Assembly (NCBI RefSeq): GCF_001194135.2
Contig: NC_068983.1
Location: 87,262,097-87,326,096, forward strand
Direction of reading: 5' to 3'
DNA length: 64,000 nucleotides
DNA from: Octopus bimaculoides
Taxonomy: Eukaryota
The stretch's first letter is position 1; every line of letters starts with the position of its first letter. The notes below the pieces were generated by a model. The model was not told the origin of the DNA. It saw only the letters and a program-made list of their open reading frames with translations, and made no database searches. Of the stretch, positions 1 to 12,742 are shown in pieces. The translations under genes were made by a program, and so were the position numbers.

Positions 1-130
1 AAAATATGACAATTTAAGTTAAAACATTACGATATATAAACGTACTTTATGATATAACATATAATGGGTAAATATATACGGTATAATGAAGTTATAAATT
101 TACATGTATTATATTAAAAACGTGTACATT

Positions 131-280
131 ATATATACACATACATATATATATACATACATATATATATATATATATACATACATACATATATATACAT
201 ACACACACACATATATATATGCATACATATATATAAATACATATATATACATACATATATATAAATACATATATATAAAT

Positions 281-311
<31 letters not shown>
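131..311. repeat. Compound (TA)n/(CA)n/(TACA)n microsatellite
   Basis: Directly visible; accounts for the I/Y/H/T-rich ORFs at 92-329. Confidence 0.95.
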
Positions 312-312
<1 letters not shown>

Positions 313-788
313 TCTATAATTATAAACATAATTATAATCAGGGGTCAGCTAATTGCTTTGCCACGCACTGAATTTAGAAATAGTAGCTAAAATACCTTTT
401 CCACTACCATAAATACCTCCCAGATAGTAACACATATTTTTTTACATAGACATAGAGAAATAATAATGAATCCACACGACTCAGATTAGCCACATACGCA
501 TTTTGGGATTAAAGTAAAGTTATATTTACTTACTTATTTCCCATCTTCAGTGCAGCATGTCAAATATAAATTTGAGAGTGTTAGAACTAAATATGTACAG
601 GATCAAGTGTCATCGCATAACTGATATTTAACTAACATTTCCAGAAACATACAGCCAAATGTGAACGTGTATTCATCCTCAAATCCCCACGTGTGTTACA
701 AGTAATCCCGCACAAACTGCAGTTTTTGATCAGGGAGTAAATTATATTTCAATAATAATAAAAGGGTAAAATTAATTAATTAATTAAT

Positions 789-790
<2 letters not shown>

Positions 791-831
<41 letters not shown>

Positions 832-848
832 CATACATACATACATAC
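791..848. repeat. (TA)n-(CATA)n microsatellite
   Basis: Directly visible. Confidence 0.95.
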
Positions 849-879
849 CAGGAAGCTACCAGGTGTAAACCATTCGTTT

Positions 880-2365
880 TATCACCTATTAACCACAACC
901 AACTTCCGATTTCTTGGAAGAAGGTCCTACATGGTACTGTACTAAGATGATGGATAAAATAACACAGGATGTTTCGCTAAAGGACATAACTATTCCCAGT
1001 AGGAAGGATTACATTTGTGATATTTTGGAGAAAATGAATCAATTTGTGCGTAGAATGCTGTGGAAGGCTTTCTTTTTTGACAAGGAGCTTAGACCAAATG
1101 ACGAACCTGAACATTGTGACCTACTAAGGAAAGTATTTAAATCTCGAAGGAAACCACTGACAAACCAACACCTAACCAGATTTGAATAATAATTATATAG
1201 TATTGTCAAGAACGTGAAGTTCAGGAAGTACCCTAGAAGGTGTAATATGCATCAACAGAAAATCAGAAAATTACTTGTTGACTTCAAGAAAGCTCCGGGA
1301 ACACTTGTACCAACGGACAAAACAAGTAACATTTACATTGTTGATATTGAACTATATAAGTCTATGATTAGGAAGGAATTATGCAGCAAATATAGACATG
1401 CTAGTAATGATGTATTAAAAAGAATTAACAATACAGGGCTACAAATCATCAGAGATCTAGCCATAGATGATAGAACAGAACCCTATGTCCCCCCCCCCCA
1501 AAACCCCAGATTTTGCTTAAGGACCATAAACCTAACTTCCTTATTGACCCCTCAGTTAGATTGATTTGTCCTTCTAAATCTGATATAGACATTATTAGTA
1601 AAAATATCATTAACAGGGTAATACCCGTCCTTAAATCTAAAATTAGATTAGCCCTCTGGTCTGATACCCAAGAGGTGGTTGGATGGTTCAAGTTTCTAGA
1701 AATTAGTACGACTAGTAAATTCTTGCAACTTGATATAGAGAGCTGCTATGCCACTATCAATCTGATCGTACTCAATCAATCCCTGATTTTTAGCATGAAA
1801 AATTCTGATTTGTCCCGATGTGAAATAGATATTATTCTTGCCGCACGAGCCACTCTAGTAGATTTTGATGGTACATTATGGAGTAGATTAGATAGGGAAA
1901 ATGCAGTTGATTTAGCAATGGGCTCACACGATTCTGCTCAGGTCAGTGACCTAGTCAGAATATATATCCTTTCCTTAATCCAGTCTTCCTTTCTGGAAGT
2001 AACAGGGTCTATACAGGGATGATCCCTTATTTTTTCTAGACAAAACTAATAAAGTACAGTTAGAAAGGCATAGGAAAAATTTCTTTAGATTTTTTAAAAC
2101 TTTAGTACTAAACATTACTATAAGTAAAGATTATCATAGAGTGAATTTTCTTGATGCTACCTTCTGTCTTGATACTGGATTATTTGAACGATTTCATAAA
2201 CTGAATGAGCATATTAAGTACATTAACATAGCATCCAACCATCCACCCTTGATTATATGGGGACTAGTTAAGAATATTTCTACTAGAATCTCTAGATTAT
2301 CTGCTAACAGTAAAATTTTCGAATCTGATGCATCATATTATAATGATGCTCTAGCTAAGGATGGG
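880..2365 (+). mobile_element. Penelope-like retroelement RT region, degenerate (frameshifts, stops), 3'-truncated before the GIY-YIG domain
   Basis: Consecutive ORF pieces carry PLE RT motifs: FVRRMLWKAFFF, DKTSNIY, RLICPSKSDI, LQLDIESCYATI, AMGSHDSAQVSDLV, catalytic LYRDD at 2009-2023 (shifted frame), VNFLDATF, YINIASNHPP. Ends at a (CA)n run. Confidence 0.88.
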
Positions 2366-3179
2366 TACACACACACACATATATAATATTCACTGTAAAC
2401 ATAAGAACTTAGAAATTTTGAGAGAGAATGTGAAATAAGACTTTTTTCAAATGATGAAACTTAAAACAAATAAAGCTCTAAATAATGTGGGTTTGAAAAA
2501 AAAAAAAACCTTTGGATCTATTTACACATTATTATTTATAGCTTTACTTGCTTCAAAGTTTCACTGTTCGAAAAAAGAATCCTATATACACACACACATA
2601 AAGACACATATAGGATTGTCACCAGGAAAAGTATCAGGCAGTAAAACACTGCCTCAAAAAGCCTAATCCGACTCATGTCAGTATGGAAAAATGGATGTGA
2701 AATGTAATAACAATGATATATCCCTTCTGGTTGAAAACTCTATAGAGTTACTGAGAGTTTCATGTTATGCTTCTTAGGATTGTAAGGCATGACTGAGCAA
2801 ATATATGGTATTATCTGTCAGAATAAATATAGTAATCTTTAATTACCTCCACCTTAGCAAAAGTGGGGGCATTGCTTTAGTTGTGTTTGTTTGTTTGTTC
2901 GTTGACAAGATATCTCAAGAACCAAAGTTTTATTTTCATTTCCCTATTATTAATTTTACTTACATCTCTATCTTAGTTGATAAAGAAATCAAACTACATA
3001 AACAAACGACAGCAAAACCATTCAGAAATTAAATAACACTAACACATTCAGTAACAATAATAAATTTAATTTATCCTCAACAATCTTTAGTTTTACCAAT
3101 TTTGAATATATCGCTCCTGTTTAAAACCTCTTACCTACTTGACAATTGTATTTCTAGCTCTGCCTTGAAGAAAGCTTTT

Positions 3180-3645
3180 GTAGTGACCCCTGGCAGTCAA
3201 GCAGGAAAGCAAAACGGAAAAGGGATCTAATGAAAGTAATCTCCCTCGACCTTCTCGAAAATTCTCGTACTTTCTAGAAGCTTCCAATTAACTTCCAGAT
3301 GACGTAGAAGTCAAGGACTTCCAGTTCATCCCTTATATTCAGTACCTATCATGGTGCATGTATTGATTTTCTCCTATTTTACTTGTTTTGCAAGCACATG
3401 TCTCTGCTACCTTGTTTTGCTTTGTATCTGCCTTGGATCACTACAATGACTTTGCTTATCGACTTCTCATCTGAGGAGGGAGTTATGTAGTGACCCCTGA
3501 AGATCAAGCAGGAAAGCAAAACAAAGAAGGGATCTAACGAGAGTAATCTCTCTCGACCTTCTTGAAAATTCTCGAACATTCTAGAGGCTTCCGATTGACT
3601 TCTGGATGATGTGGAAGTCAGGGACTTCCATATCATCCCTTATAT
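3180..3645 (+). repeat. Diverged direct repeat, two ~160-bp units 307 bp apart
   Basis: GTAGTGACCCCTG..CAAGCAGGAAAGCAAAAC..CATCCCTTATAT starts at 3180 and again at 3487. Confidence 0.85.
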
Positions 3646-3988
3646 AAAGGAACACATTCTAATTTCACGCCCCTCTTGCCTGTCGGATCCTAAACATGCA
3701 TTGGGCCATGCCACTTGCATACACACCTACAAGTACGGATGTTTGGTTTATTTGCTTTGAGACATGTGGTTGCAAAATATGTTCATGTGATGTTACAAGC
3801 TTTTCCTTCAATTAACATTATATGTTAACACATTACATCCAGTAATAAATGTTATGACTTATTACGACCGTCTTACAAATTCTTATTTTCTCGTCGTTTA
3901 CATGCAAGATGATAACCCTCTTTCTTGCATGCAATTATAAAAATGATAGGATGTCACTTACTAACAATCACTATACTTTACTTCTTAG

Positions 3989-4144
3989 ACTCACGTTTTT
4001 GTGTGCAACGATGTTGTTAAACCTCCATTAACAGCACCATATGCAGATCCTTTCCGTTTTCTTTCATGCACGGATAAATTTTTCACTATAGACCTTAATG
4101 GTTGTAAAGACACTATATCAGTGGATTGACTAAAAAAGGCCTTC
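3989..4144 (+). mobile_element. Gypsy LTR-retrotransposon integrase C-terminal (GPY/F) remnant
   Basis: Frame from 3989 reads THVFVCNDVVKPPLTAPYADPFRFLSCTDKFFTIDLNGCKDTISVD*LKKAF, matching the Gypsy pattern THVFVR.D..PL..PY.GPF.....K.F......TVS.DRLKPA. Confidence 0.8.
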
Positions 4145-5699
4145 ATAGAGAAAACTGTCCCTGTTCCCACTGCAGACGACACACACAGTATTACAAACAT
4201 GTACACCCACCTTCACATTCCATGACTCGGACAAGGATTCTGGATTATTTTTCTGAATTTTTTACTTAACTTTTGAGTGGGGTCGGGTTCATTTTTAGCT
4301 TTTTCATTTGTGAGAGCAGTCGAGTTTATTTCAGATATTCTCATTTTAAAAGTCGTGTTGCATTGGCAGAGGTTTGCGCTCTTGTTATTATTGAGTTCTT
4401 TCTTTAGTTGCTGTTAGATCTTTTTTTTTTTAAACCACCAAAACAATTATATATAAGAGTGAACTTCTGCTTATCATAGTATCTGAGGTCTATTTATCAT
4501 ATTTTAGACATAATATTTATAAATTCATTTCATCTGATACATGTTCATATAATCAATATTTAAATTGCTAAAAAAGAGTATTATATACAAGATCAATACT
4601 GAATATTAGCTATCAGTAATTTTGTCCGCTAGCATATTTATACATTTATATTTAATTCTAAGTTCAAAGAGATCTCTTCAATTAATGAAGTCTTTCAACA
4701 ATTTTTCAAAAGTATGACAATGGGAATATGATTTAGTTTTTAAAAAATCTTTTTGGACTGACAGATTAAAATGTTTTGTAGTTAATTTTTTATAGAAACA
4801 AATTTATCAATGCATCAAATAAATACAAATTCTTTTTAGATTCTGTCTTTCAGCAATACATTATATACTAATTTTTATTAATTGAGAGAAAATTTTTTGA
4901 ATAGATCTGTGAAAAGCAAGGGAAAATAAATGAAAACTCATTGTATATGAGTCTCTTTATCAATTTCATTTATTACATTACACAAAAATAGATTAGTTTA
5001 TCTTTTGTTAGATACAGTAGATTATTTTTAGTACAAAACTGAAAATTTAGATGGCTAAGTAACTGTAAGAATACTATTACTCACTGAAAAATGGTTGGTT
5101 ACTTAGATAAATTGCAATGGGGAATGAGACACTTTTGAAAAAGTAGAGTAGCAGGTAAAAAAAGATGTCAAATGAATTTTTTATTGAGTGAATGTAGCAG
5201 AACAAGAAATGTGTGCCAATCATGTTAGAAAAACTAGCTATTTGGTTGTTTTGACAACTAAGAGAGGTTTAGTAAAAGAAAAACAACAAAAAACAAAAAG
5301 ACAAAAAAAATTGATAGTATTTGACAACAGATCAGTTAAAAAAAAAAGCCATAAAAATAAATTTCCATGTTTGTTTTAGTATTATTTCACAATAAATTCG
5401 TAGTGAATACCTATTGCTGACTGCCTTTGTACAACTAGAGAAGGATGTACATATTCCCATTTCTCAGACTAATTTGTATTATTCAAACATCAGAAATTCT
5501 TTCAGTATGATCATAAGAGACTATAGCAATATACATATTACTATTATAGTTGATGAAAATCAAGTAAAACAGAATATGATCTTGAAGGTCTATTTTTTTT
5601 TATGGAAAAGCTAGACTTGTAGTTTCCATGAAATCATGGATGGAGGATTAGGTGGGGCTGGTTCTAATTGATATTATTTTTGAAGAACTGCAGATATGT

Positions 5700-5900
5700 A
5701 GTTGTTTATTCCCAGATCAGCCTCTATTGAGCAGACCTATGATCAAAGGCATTCCAGCCATGATCATCCCAACTTTTATTTATTTTTTGAATTATAGTAC
5801 CCAATATGTCCTTTTGTTAAGATTGTAGGGTGTGATTAGAGGGAACTTGGCTGCTATTTCTAGCAGGCTAAGTAGTTATGTAGAGGTGCTTTTATTTATT
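5700..5900. repeat. Representative copy of an abundant SINE-like dispersed repeat (motifs GACCTATGATCAAAGGCATTCCAGCC and CTAGAAATAGCAGCCAAATCT)
   Basis: Related segments recur in both orientations, e.g. near 375, 10735-10915, 15080-15420, 23900, 28380, 45550-45720, 46010, 56330 and 63500. Confidence 0.7.
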
Positions 5901-6539
5901 CAAATATATGTCCCTAGCAGGACATACTACTCAATGAGGAGATTTGAAGAAATTGTTAAAAGGGGAACAGTAAGGAAATTTAGGTTAGAGAAGTGTAGTG
6001 TAGGGGTTTTAACTGGGACTGGGTTAAAGCCTACAGATACTTTAGTGATGGGAGGGAAGAAATATGCTAATGAATCAGAGGCTGAGGAATATTAGGGAAG
6101 AGAGATTACCAATTAAAATATTTTTTTTCTTTAGTCTTCATTTAAGGACGTTGTACTAAAAAGAAAAAAAATGTGTAAAAAAATGGAATAGAGAAGAAAA
6201 GACTTTTGAAAGAAGAATCCAATTTATTTAAGTTGATGGATTACAACAGAAATTCAAAGTGGTTGAAAAATTCTCCTACAAAATGTTACAAGTTTGGAGG
6301 AAGGAATTAGAACTGAAATATTTTTCAAAATAATCTGTGAATGGGCTGAAAAGAAATGAGTATAATATGAAAAAAGAACAAGAGAATTGCAATGAAAAGA
6401 AGTATTAAGAAAAATTTGTTGGTTGACAAAAATAGAAATATGAATAAGAGTTTGTTGTGTCTAGTTTTGTTTTGGTGAAGATGAGAGTGAATCTGACATC
6501 AATTATATGGGGTTGATGTCTTTGCTAGGTTCAAGACCT

Positions 6540-6770
6540 TTCAATTCTAAGCTTTTTTTTACATTTGAAATTTCTTCTCTAACTCTTTGATCAGTTCAGC
6601 TGTGAGAATTAAGTCATCAACATATAGAAGTTCCCAGTGACAGCCAGTCTTAAACTTCTCTCTTATGGCCAGGAGAACTACACTTGTTTCCATTTTACAA
6701 TCTCTCTCAAAGTACTTTGCATCATACCCACCTTGACAATGGCAGTCTTGAAGCATTGTACCCATCAAGA
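6540..6770 (-). mobile_element. RTE-clade LINE RT fragment
   Basis: AIREKFKTGCHWELLYVDDLIL, homologous to the RTE copy at 24.4-24.6 kb (EEFKTGCPWELLYADDL). Confidence 0.85.
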
Positions 6771-6779
6771 TCAGAAGAG

Positions 6780-7500
6780 CTTTTTGTGGTGTTTGGGTTG
6801 TCTGATGTCTATTTTTCTTATCTGAAAAGGGAGTTGGTGTAGTGAGGGCTCAGGGTTTCTAACATATGGTCTGATGTTCTTACTTAAGCACCCCACTACC
6901 ATGCACAGCAGTAACACAGTGTAAGCCCTGTATATCAAATTAGAATTTCTTGTTATTTTTGGCATTTTTTTTATAGCTGAATGCTCTCCAATCACAAATC
7001 ACATTACAATATGGACTGAGTGCATTTTATTGTGCCTACCACATAAGAGAGGCTGTCATACAGGACTAAAGTGTTTTTACTTCAACATAACAGGTTTTTC
7101 TTGTGTAGTTACTCTTCCAGATGGATTGCCTTCACTGCAGCTTAAGGAATCTTTGTACTAAACTTTATTCAGAATTACTGCTCTGCAAGAAAGTTGCTGG
7201 AGAATTCAACAGTCTAGTTGGATCTTCTTCATTACACTTGTGGGGCCATGTCTCTTCATAATATTGTGATATGTGCACATACATGCCATACTGTTAAAGG
7301 TACAAACAGTAAGGTGGAGGAGGATTACAATAAATTGGTTAGTTTGAATGGAGTGTCTGAGTTTCGAGACTAGTTGTATTTTAGACATTACTGTGGTATC
7401 ATCTATCTCCATGGTATTAGTAGTATATCTAACAACTGGTTGAAACTCTTCTGAGACTTCCACAGTTTGTCAAGGTTAGTCCTTATAGTGTAGTGAAGAT
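6780..7500 (-). mobile_element. Highly decayed Penelope-like RT remnant
   Basis: Scattered PLE-like pieces across frames (VSEEF, QYYEET, CDL*LESIQL, NSNLIYRA, RPYVRN). Similarity is weak. Confidence 0.4.
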
Positions 7501-9809
7501 AACTGAGAATGAAGCATTTTTTCATGTTTCTGATAAAGAGGCTGGAGGTTGGCAGGTTCTAGATAAAGGGGTTGTTGATGGGCTAGTCAGCAAGCAGAAT
7601 TAAGAAAGTGGAAGCTCTAATTCATGTTAGCCATACTTGTACAAATATAGAAAGCACATACATTTTTAAACAATTTTCTTTCACTTTCTGCTAGTTTGCA
7701 GCACAATGTTAAATCATTCTGGAGTGCTTTAAAGACACAAATATGAAATAGTAAAACTAAAGAACTAAAGATAACATTGCAGGTAATGGAAAAGATGATT
7801 ATTTTATATTATACAAGACTATAGTGGAAACACAAGAACAGTCTCCTAGACTACTTTGAATGAATCTAATATACCATATCATGGTAGAAAGAGATTGATT
7901 TTTCTGGCCAGAGTTAGTAAAATAAATAGCAAGTCATGTTTGAGGGGAAACAAATGGAAAAAAAACAATTCTTGATATTTTTGAAGAGAGATCCTAATCA
8001 ACATGACAATATCATCATCATTATGATCATTGAGATCATTTGTTGTTATTATTATCATCATAATAATGTCTGCTTTTCCATGTTGGTATGGTTTGGCTGG
8101 GTAGTCACAATCCAAGTCAGTTCTTACTCAGAGTTACTTCTAAACAGAGTTAAACTTTTCTTTTTCTGCATGGTTTTATAGCTGATTGCTTTTTCAATCA
8201 CCAACTACTTTACAATGTGTATTAGGTGCATTTTATAATGACACTACACAAAAACATTATTTTGTGTCTGTTAAGACTAGAAAGCCCTCTCAATTGTTTC
8301 TGTTCACATGCATGCAAAAAAGAAACGTGATTAATCTTCAAGCAAGTCTGAAGAGTCATAAATATTATCAAGTGTAATAGTTGAGACATGAAACCATTGG
8401 TAGCATTCTGACTAGTTATATATCATAACTCGTAATATACAGCTTGAAAATATAAAAATATAACTGCCCTATTTCTCTTTTAGAGTGCTTATTTTTCTGA
8501 TTTATGGACAACTATATATATATATATATACACCTGCTTGTTGCTTATACACCTGTCTTCATCTTGTTTTTCTGTAAATTTCAACTATACATATGTATGT
8601 ATATATATCTTTTTATACATTTCAGCTCAAAGGCCATGGCCACACACACATGTGATGGATTATCTTGTATCCAATGCATAAGGGCTAAAGAATTTTACTT
8701 TTTTCCTCCTTTCTCTTCTTTCCTGTTTTTACATTCCTTTCTTTTTCCTTTGCTTCTTTTTGTTTTTTCTCTCCCCACCCACACACAAGGGGATGCTTTT
8801 CAGGATGATCTTGATAAAAAGAAAAGTTGCAAATCCCCACACAGTAACTTGCGTAAGGTGTTAATGACTGATAGCAACAGTAGTTGCAAGTATGCCACAA
8901 GACATGAACAGCAAACCTCAATTGGATGGCCGTTGACTCACATGAGTTTCTTCCACCTTTTGATGAGTCTTGAATTTCATCTCACAGGGTGTCCTGAAAT
9001 CACCCTCATCACTAAGCAAGCTAAGTGAGGTTGTTGGTTTAGTAGCTAATGATCCAGCCATGTGATAGGTCATACTGGGTTATGTTACTAGTGGCACTTG
9101 AGAACAACCTGATATCAGTGTGTGTGCACGTGACAAAATTACTTAGAACAGTAATTTTCTCTTAGAGCACATTATTTCTTAGACTGCCTCCAAAATTATC
9201 AGCATCAAAAGAAACTGATCTTCGAAATACGTTTAATGTAACTATGCCATTAGATATGTATAAAATACATGTAATGTGGTCATTATCTACATAATAAAAC
9301 TAACTCGATCCAGAAATTGTGAATTATTCATCAATCAAGCATGCGCGCGTGTGTAAGTATGAGAGGGAGAGAGAGAGAAAGAGGGGGGATGAGTGAATGT
9401 GTTTGTGTACGTGCGTGTGAGTCTATGCCTGCGTGCATGTATGAATGTAAAAGAGAGAATGTATGTTACTTTTTACTCTTTAAGCTACTGCAATTGATAG
9501 TAATTAATTGTGAATTATTAGTTAACGTAAGATAATGCATTCGTTTCAGTGAATAATAAAGGGAATTGCATTTAGAATACGCTTCACTCAATCCTCTCAC
9601 AATAATAGGATTTAAGTGTTTATAAATAGCTGCGGTGAACTGATTGGTGATGGGAGGTGGAGGGAAAGTAATTTTAGAGAAAGCCAGCATGGTCCAAGTC
9701 AGAGGGCTGAAAAGGTGCGAAATCACCCATACACCTGAATGATTGATGTTAGTGAAAAGGAGGGAGGCCTACGATTTCTAATCTAAAGAAAGGTTTATAA
9801 CCGAAGTTA

Positions 9810-10016
9810 GGTACTACTAAAGCAGCGCGGACCCGAACGCGCAGTCGCGTGTCCGCGCTAGCTAGTCTTGAGCGGTCGATCCTAACCCTAACCCTAACCC
9901 GCGTGTGCAAATGAATACGTGTTTAGGGTTAGGGTTAGGATCGACCACTGACGACTAGCTATCGCGGACGCGCGACTGCGCGTCCGGGTCCGGGTCCGCG
10001 CTGCTTTAGTAGTACC
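9810..10016. mobile_element. 207-bp foldback MITE with telomeric-repeat core and perfect 9-bp TSD (Merlin- or Mutator-like)
   Basis: TIR GGTACTACTAAAGCAGCGCGGACCC / GGGTCCGCGCTGCTTTAGTAGTACC; TSD CCGAAGTTA at 9801-9809 and 10017-10025; (CCCTAA)n at 9881-9900 and (TTAGGG)n at 9923-9939. Confidence 0.9.
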
Positions 10017-11735
10017 CCGAAGTTATTGAGAATCATTACTGATAAGCAGTAGTAGGGGATTGACACCTTATATATCGGTATAGAAGTCAGCAACATGTAT
10101 CGAGTAGGTATATGTAATTATGCCTGTATTCGTATCAGAAAAAAAAAAAAAAAAACTACATTGCAGTTGAAGTTGACAGCAAGTCTTCGCTTCAACAAAT
10201 TTTCAAAAGCAAAGGATTAAGGCATATATATATATATATATATACAAATGAATACATATATATTTACAAATACATTTTTTATATATGCATTTGTACATAT
10301 CTCTCTCTACACACACACCCCTGTTTCCATGCGCCTCGGTATACAAAAAGCATGCACACACGGCTTCGGAAATGCAAATCTGTTTAATTTGTAGCAAAGG
10401 ACACAAATCTCAAACATCTATCAACGTATTTGATGGTTTCTATTGCTTGTATTATATTTTTTACACATAAATTTCCCGCACTTGTTATACCGACTTCAAA
10501 AGGTTCATAGGCTGAGTCAGAGGGTGATTGATTTCTTTGACACGACACAAGCTCGAAGTTTTATAGACAGAGGCAGAATCGACTAAATGAATGCTGTTAT
10601 AACTACCTATCTATGTCTCGAGAGAATTAAAGGCAATAAGTAAAATATAGACAGAGAAGGTGCAAAGAATGCGGAAGAAAATGTGCGCTTGATTAGTAGT
10701 AACCAACGAGTGAGGGTAGAAATATCCGGGCCAAGGAAGTACCTACGTGCATGTTCGACCAGCTAGAAGTAGCAGCCCTATCTTCCTCAAAATCACACCT
10801 GAGCGTCTTAGAAAATACCCTAAATAGTGTAGTAAGAAATACACTGGGCCTGAATAAAATATAAGATGGTCACGGATGGAATATCTTTGATCAAAGGTCC
10901 ACTCACCCAGGGCTAAACGACAAAAGCAACAACCAACTATTATATGTATATGTATTCGTTGTACAAACAAGAAAAATAGAACTCAAAACATAGGCACACA
11001 CATATACATACATACACTCACACATAATTTTTAATTGGCAGAAGTTACAAAGTAACTCAAGGATCGAAAGTTTCGTGCGTGGCATATACATGCATGCATG
11101 TATGTATGTATGTATGTATGTATGTATGCGTCAATGTAAGTGGGTATGCTCCCCCCTCACTTTCTATGTATGCTCAGCAAAGACGTAATATTATATGAAC
11201 TATTCAAGACAACAGGTATGAAATCAGATATAAATTCTAAGCGAAGAAATGGAGAAGACAAATTATGTTTCAGACTATAATGAAAAGCGCTAAACACTGA
11301 ACTTGCAACAACTCATAAAAAAAATAAAATAAAATAACGAATTGATTAATTTAAGTTTTCACGGCTTGCTTCTTGTGTGCATAAGATATGTGTGTGCATG
11401 TGTCACCAGAAGGACCTGTGTCAGTGTGATACATGTACTTTGCGTTGTGCATGTGTTTGTGTTTATTTGTGTAGTGTATATGAGCGGTGAGTATGATGTG
11501 TGCGCGCAGAGAGATATGTAAATATGTGTGCGTGTGTGGGAGGGAGTGCACGTGTATGGTGCTTCATGCATGTATGTGTGTAGAGTGTGAACCTGTGTGT
11601 ATATGAAATACGACTATGCGTGTGGTGCACGAGATGTCCGTGATTTATTGTATCTGTGCGTATATGTGTTGTGAGCGATGTATGGTGTGTGCTGTGTATG
11701 TGAGGTATATATGTACGTGTGTGAGCAAGTGGTGA

Positions 11736-11738
<3 letters not shown>

Positions 11739-11815
<77 letters not shown>
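11739..11815. repeat. (TA)n microsatellite within a GT/AT-rich low-complexity tract (about 11350-11930)
   Basis: Directly visible; explains the YIYIYI ORFs. Confidence 0.95.
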
Positions 11816-11816
<1 letters not shown>

Positions 11817-12421
11817 GGTTGTAGTACATATGTGTGACGTGTATGAAGTATGCAAGTGTGTATTTCTTGAATATTGTTAATGTAATGCAATCCAACCGTG
11901 TAGGTGTGTATGAGCGTGCATGTTATGTATACAGTGTAAGCAGGTCGGTATATGGAAAAGAATATCCATTAACTAAATATTCAGAATATCTCATTGCTTT
12001 GGAACTTTCTCTACCTCGACACACACACACACACACTTTAAACTCACACTTGTTGCTTGAGCTACTTATTTCCAACTACAGAAACTTATTGTTGAGAACA
12101 AAAATTATTATTGATCAAGTTGTAGTTGAATTTCCATAAATTTATTTATGACTTCATGTCTACACACACAAACGATATGAAAAAATAGAAATGTAACGAA
12201 TTCGTTACTTGTGGATGTGCATATATGCATTTATGTTTTAGTATGTTTATGTACTTTCAAAACTGAGTATTACATCAATAATATATACCTAAAAATGCCC
12301 TGCCAAAATAATTTAGCATTACTATATGCATCTCTTATAAATTTTGCAAAGGCCTTTAACCCGCTAAACAAGAAATCAATACTACTAATAATAATATAAT
12401 GAAGACTTTTTTTCAACTTAC

Positions 12422-12494
12422 CATGGAGATGGACAGTAACAGAAGTATCAGCACCACGATCTAGCAATATAATATCTTCTGCCGAATAATTCAT
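12422..12494 (-). CDS. First coding exon of a putative glucose-6-phosphate 1-epimerase (aldose 1-epimerase family)
   Basis: MNYSAEDIILLDRGADTSVTVHLH-G, ending at a canonical G|GTAAGT donor (phase 1). Resembles the recalled invertebrate N-terminus VVLDRG..T...LHGATVVSW. Exon 2 (SW, IRGGIP motifs) was not found in 1-12400. Confidence 0.68.
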
Positions 12495-12742
12495 GATTTT
12501 AAAAAAATATATTCACCAATATTAACTGTTATCCTTTTTGGCTTGTTGTTCAAAGACTTTTCTATGCAATTTAATAATCAAAATGTTTAAGACACAATTG
12601 ATATTATTGAAAGAAGACGCGAAAACATTGATGGAAAGAAGAAGAAGACTTCCCTGATTGAACGAGTGACTGTGTCGTCTGCCTCGACTAGGCACGTGGG
12701 TGGTGCTACAGGACTGACGTCACTTCCGTTATACCATCGAAA
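12495..12742. promoter_or_regulatory. Bidirectional housekeeping-type promoter
   Basis: 248 bp between divergent ATGs. Contains E-box CACGTG (12693-98), CRE TGACGTCA (12715-22), ETS/GABP core ACTTCCG (12722-28) and YY1-like AAAATGGC (12740-47) overlapping the PTCD2 ATG. Locally CpG-rich. Confidence 0.75.

Larger units (their letters stand above)
2844..4382 (+). mobile_element. Helentron-associated (HINE/DINE-1-like) short element split by a ~1.3-kb insertion
   Basis: Left end TACCTCCACC..(GTTT)n..GACAAGATATCTCAAGAACC (2844-2920) and right part GGACAAGGATTCTGGATTATTTTT..GGCAGAGGTTTGCGCTCT (4229-4382) with sub-terminal inverted ACCTCC/AGAGGT. Class assigned from recalled family structure. Confidence 0.45.

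Noticed and set aside
92-329. ORFs rich in I/Y/H/T/C (also 11351-11895 and 8504-9028)
   Set aside because: They are translations of microsatellite or low-complexity DNA.
3991-4206. - strand ORF with a GTGAGT donor
   Set aside because: It is the antisense of the Gypsy integrase remnant on +.
9466-9726. - strand ORF or possible terminal exon (..MGDFAPFQPSDLDHAGFL*)
   Set aside because: No recognisable homology and no convincing partner exon; more likely decayed repeat.
9881-9939. Telomeric repeats as a chromosome fusion scar (also 53327-53360)
   Set aside because: Only 2-3 units, embedded in TIR-bounded elements.
10747-10912. Apparent - strand 103-nt exon plus a 6-nt microexon (TTTAG|CCCTGG|GTGAGT) with good splice signals
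   Set aside because: The whole stretch aligns with the dispersed SINE-like repeat at 5720-5900, and the peptide does not continue the epimerase.
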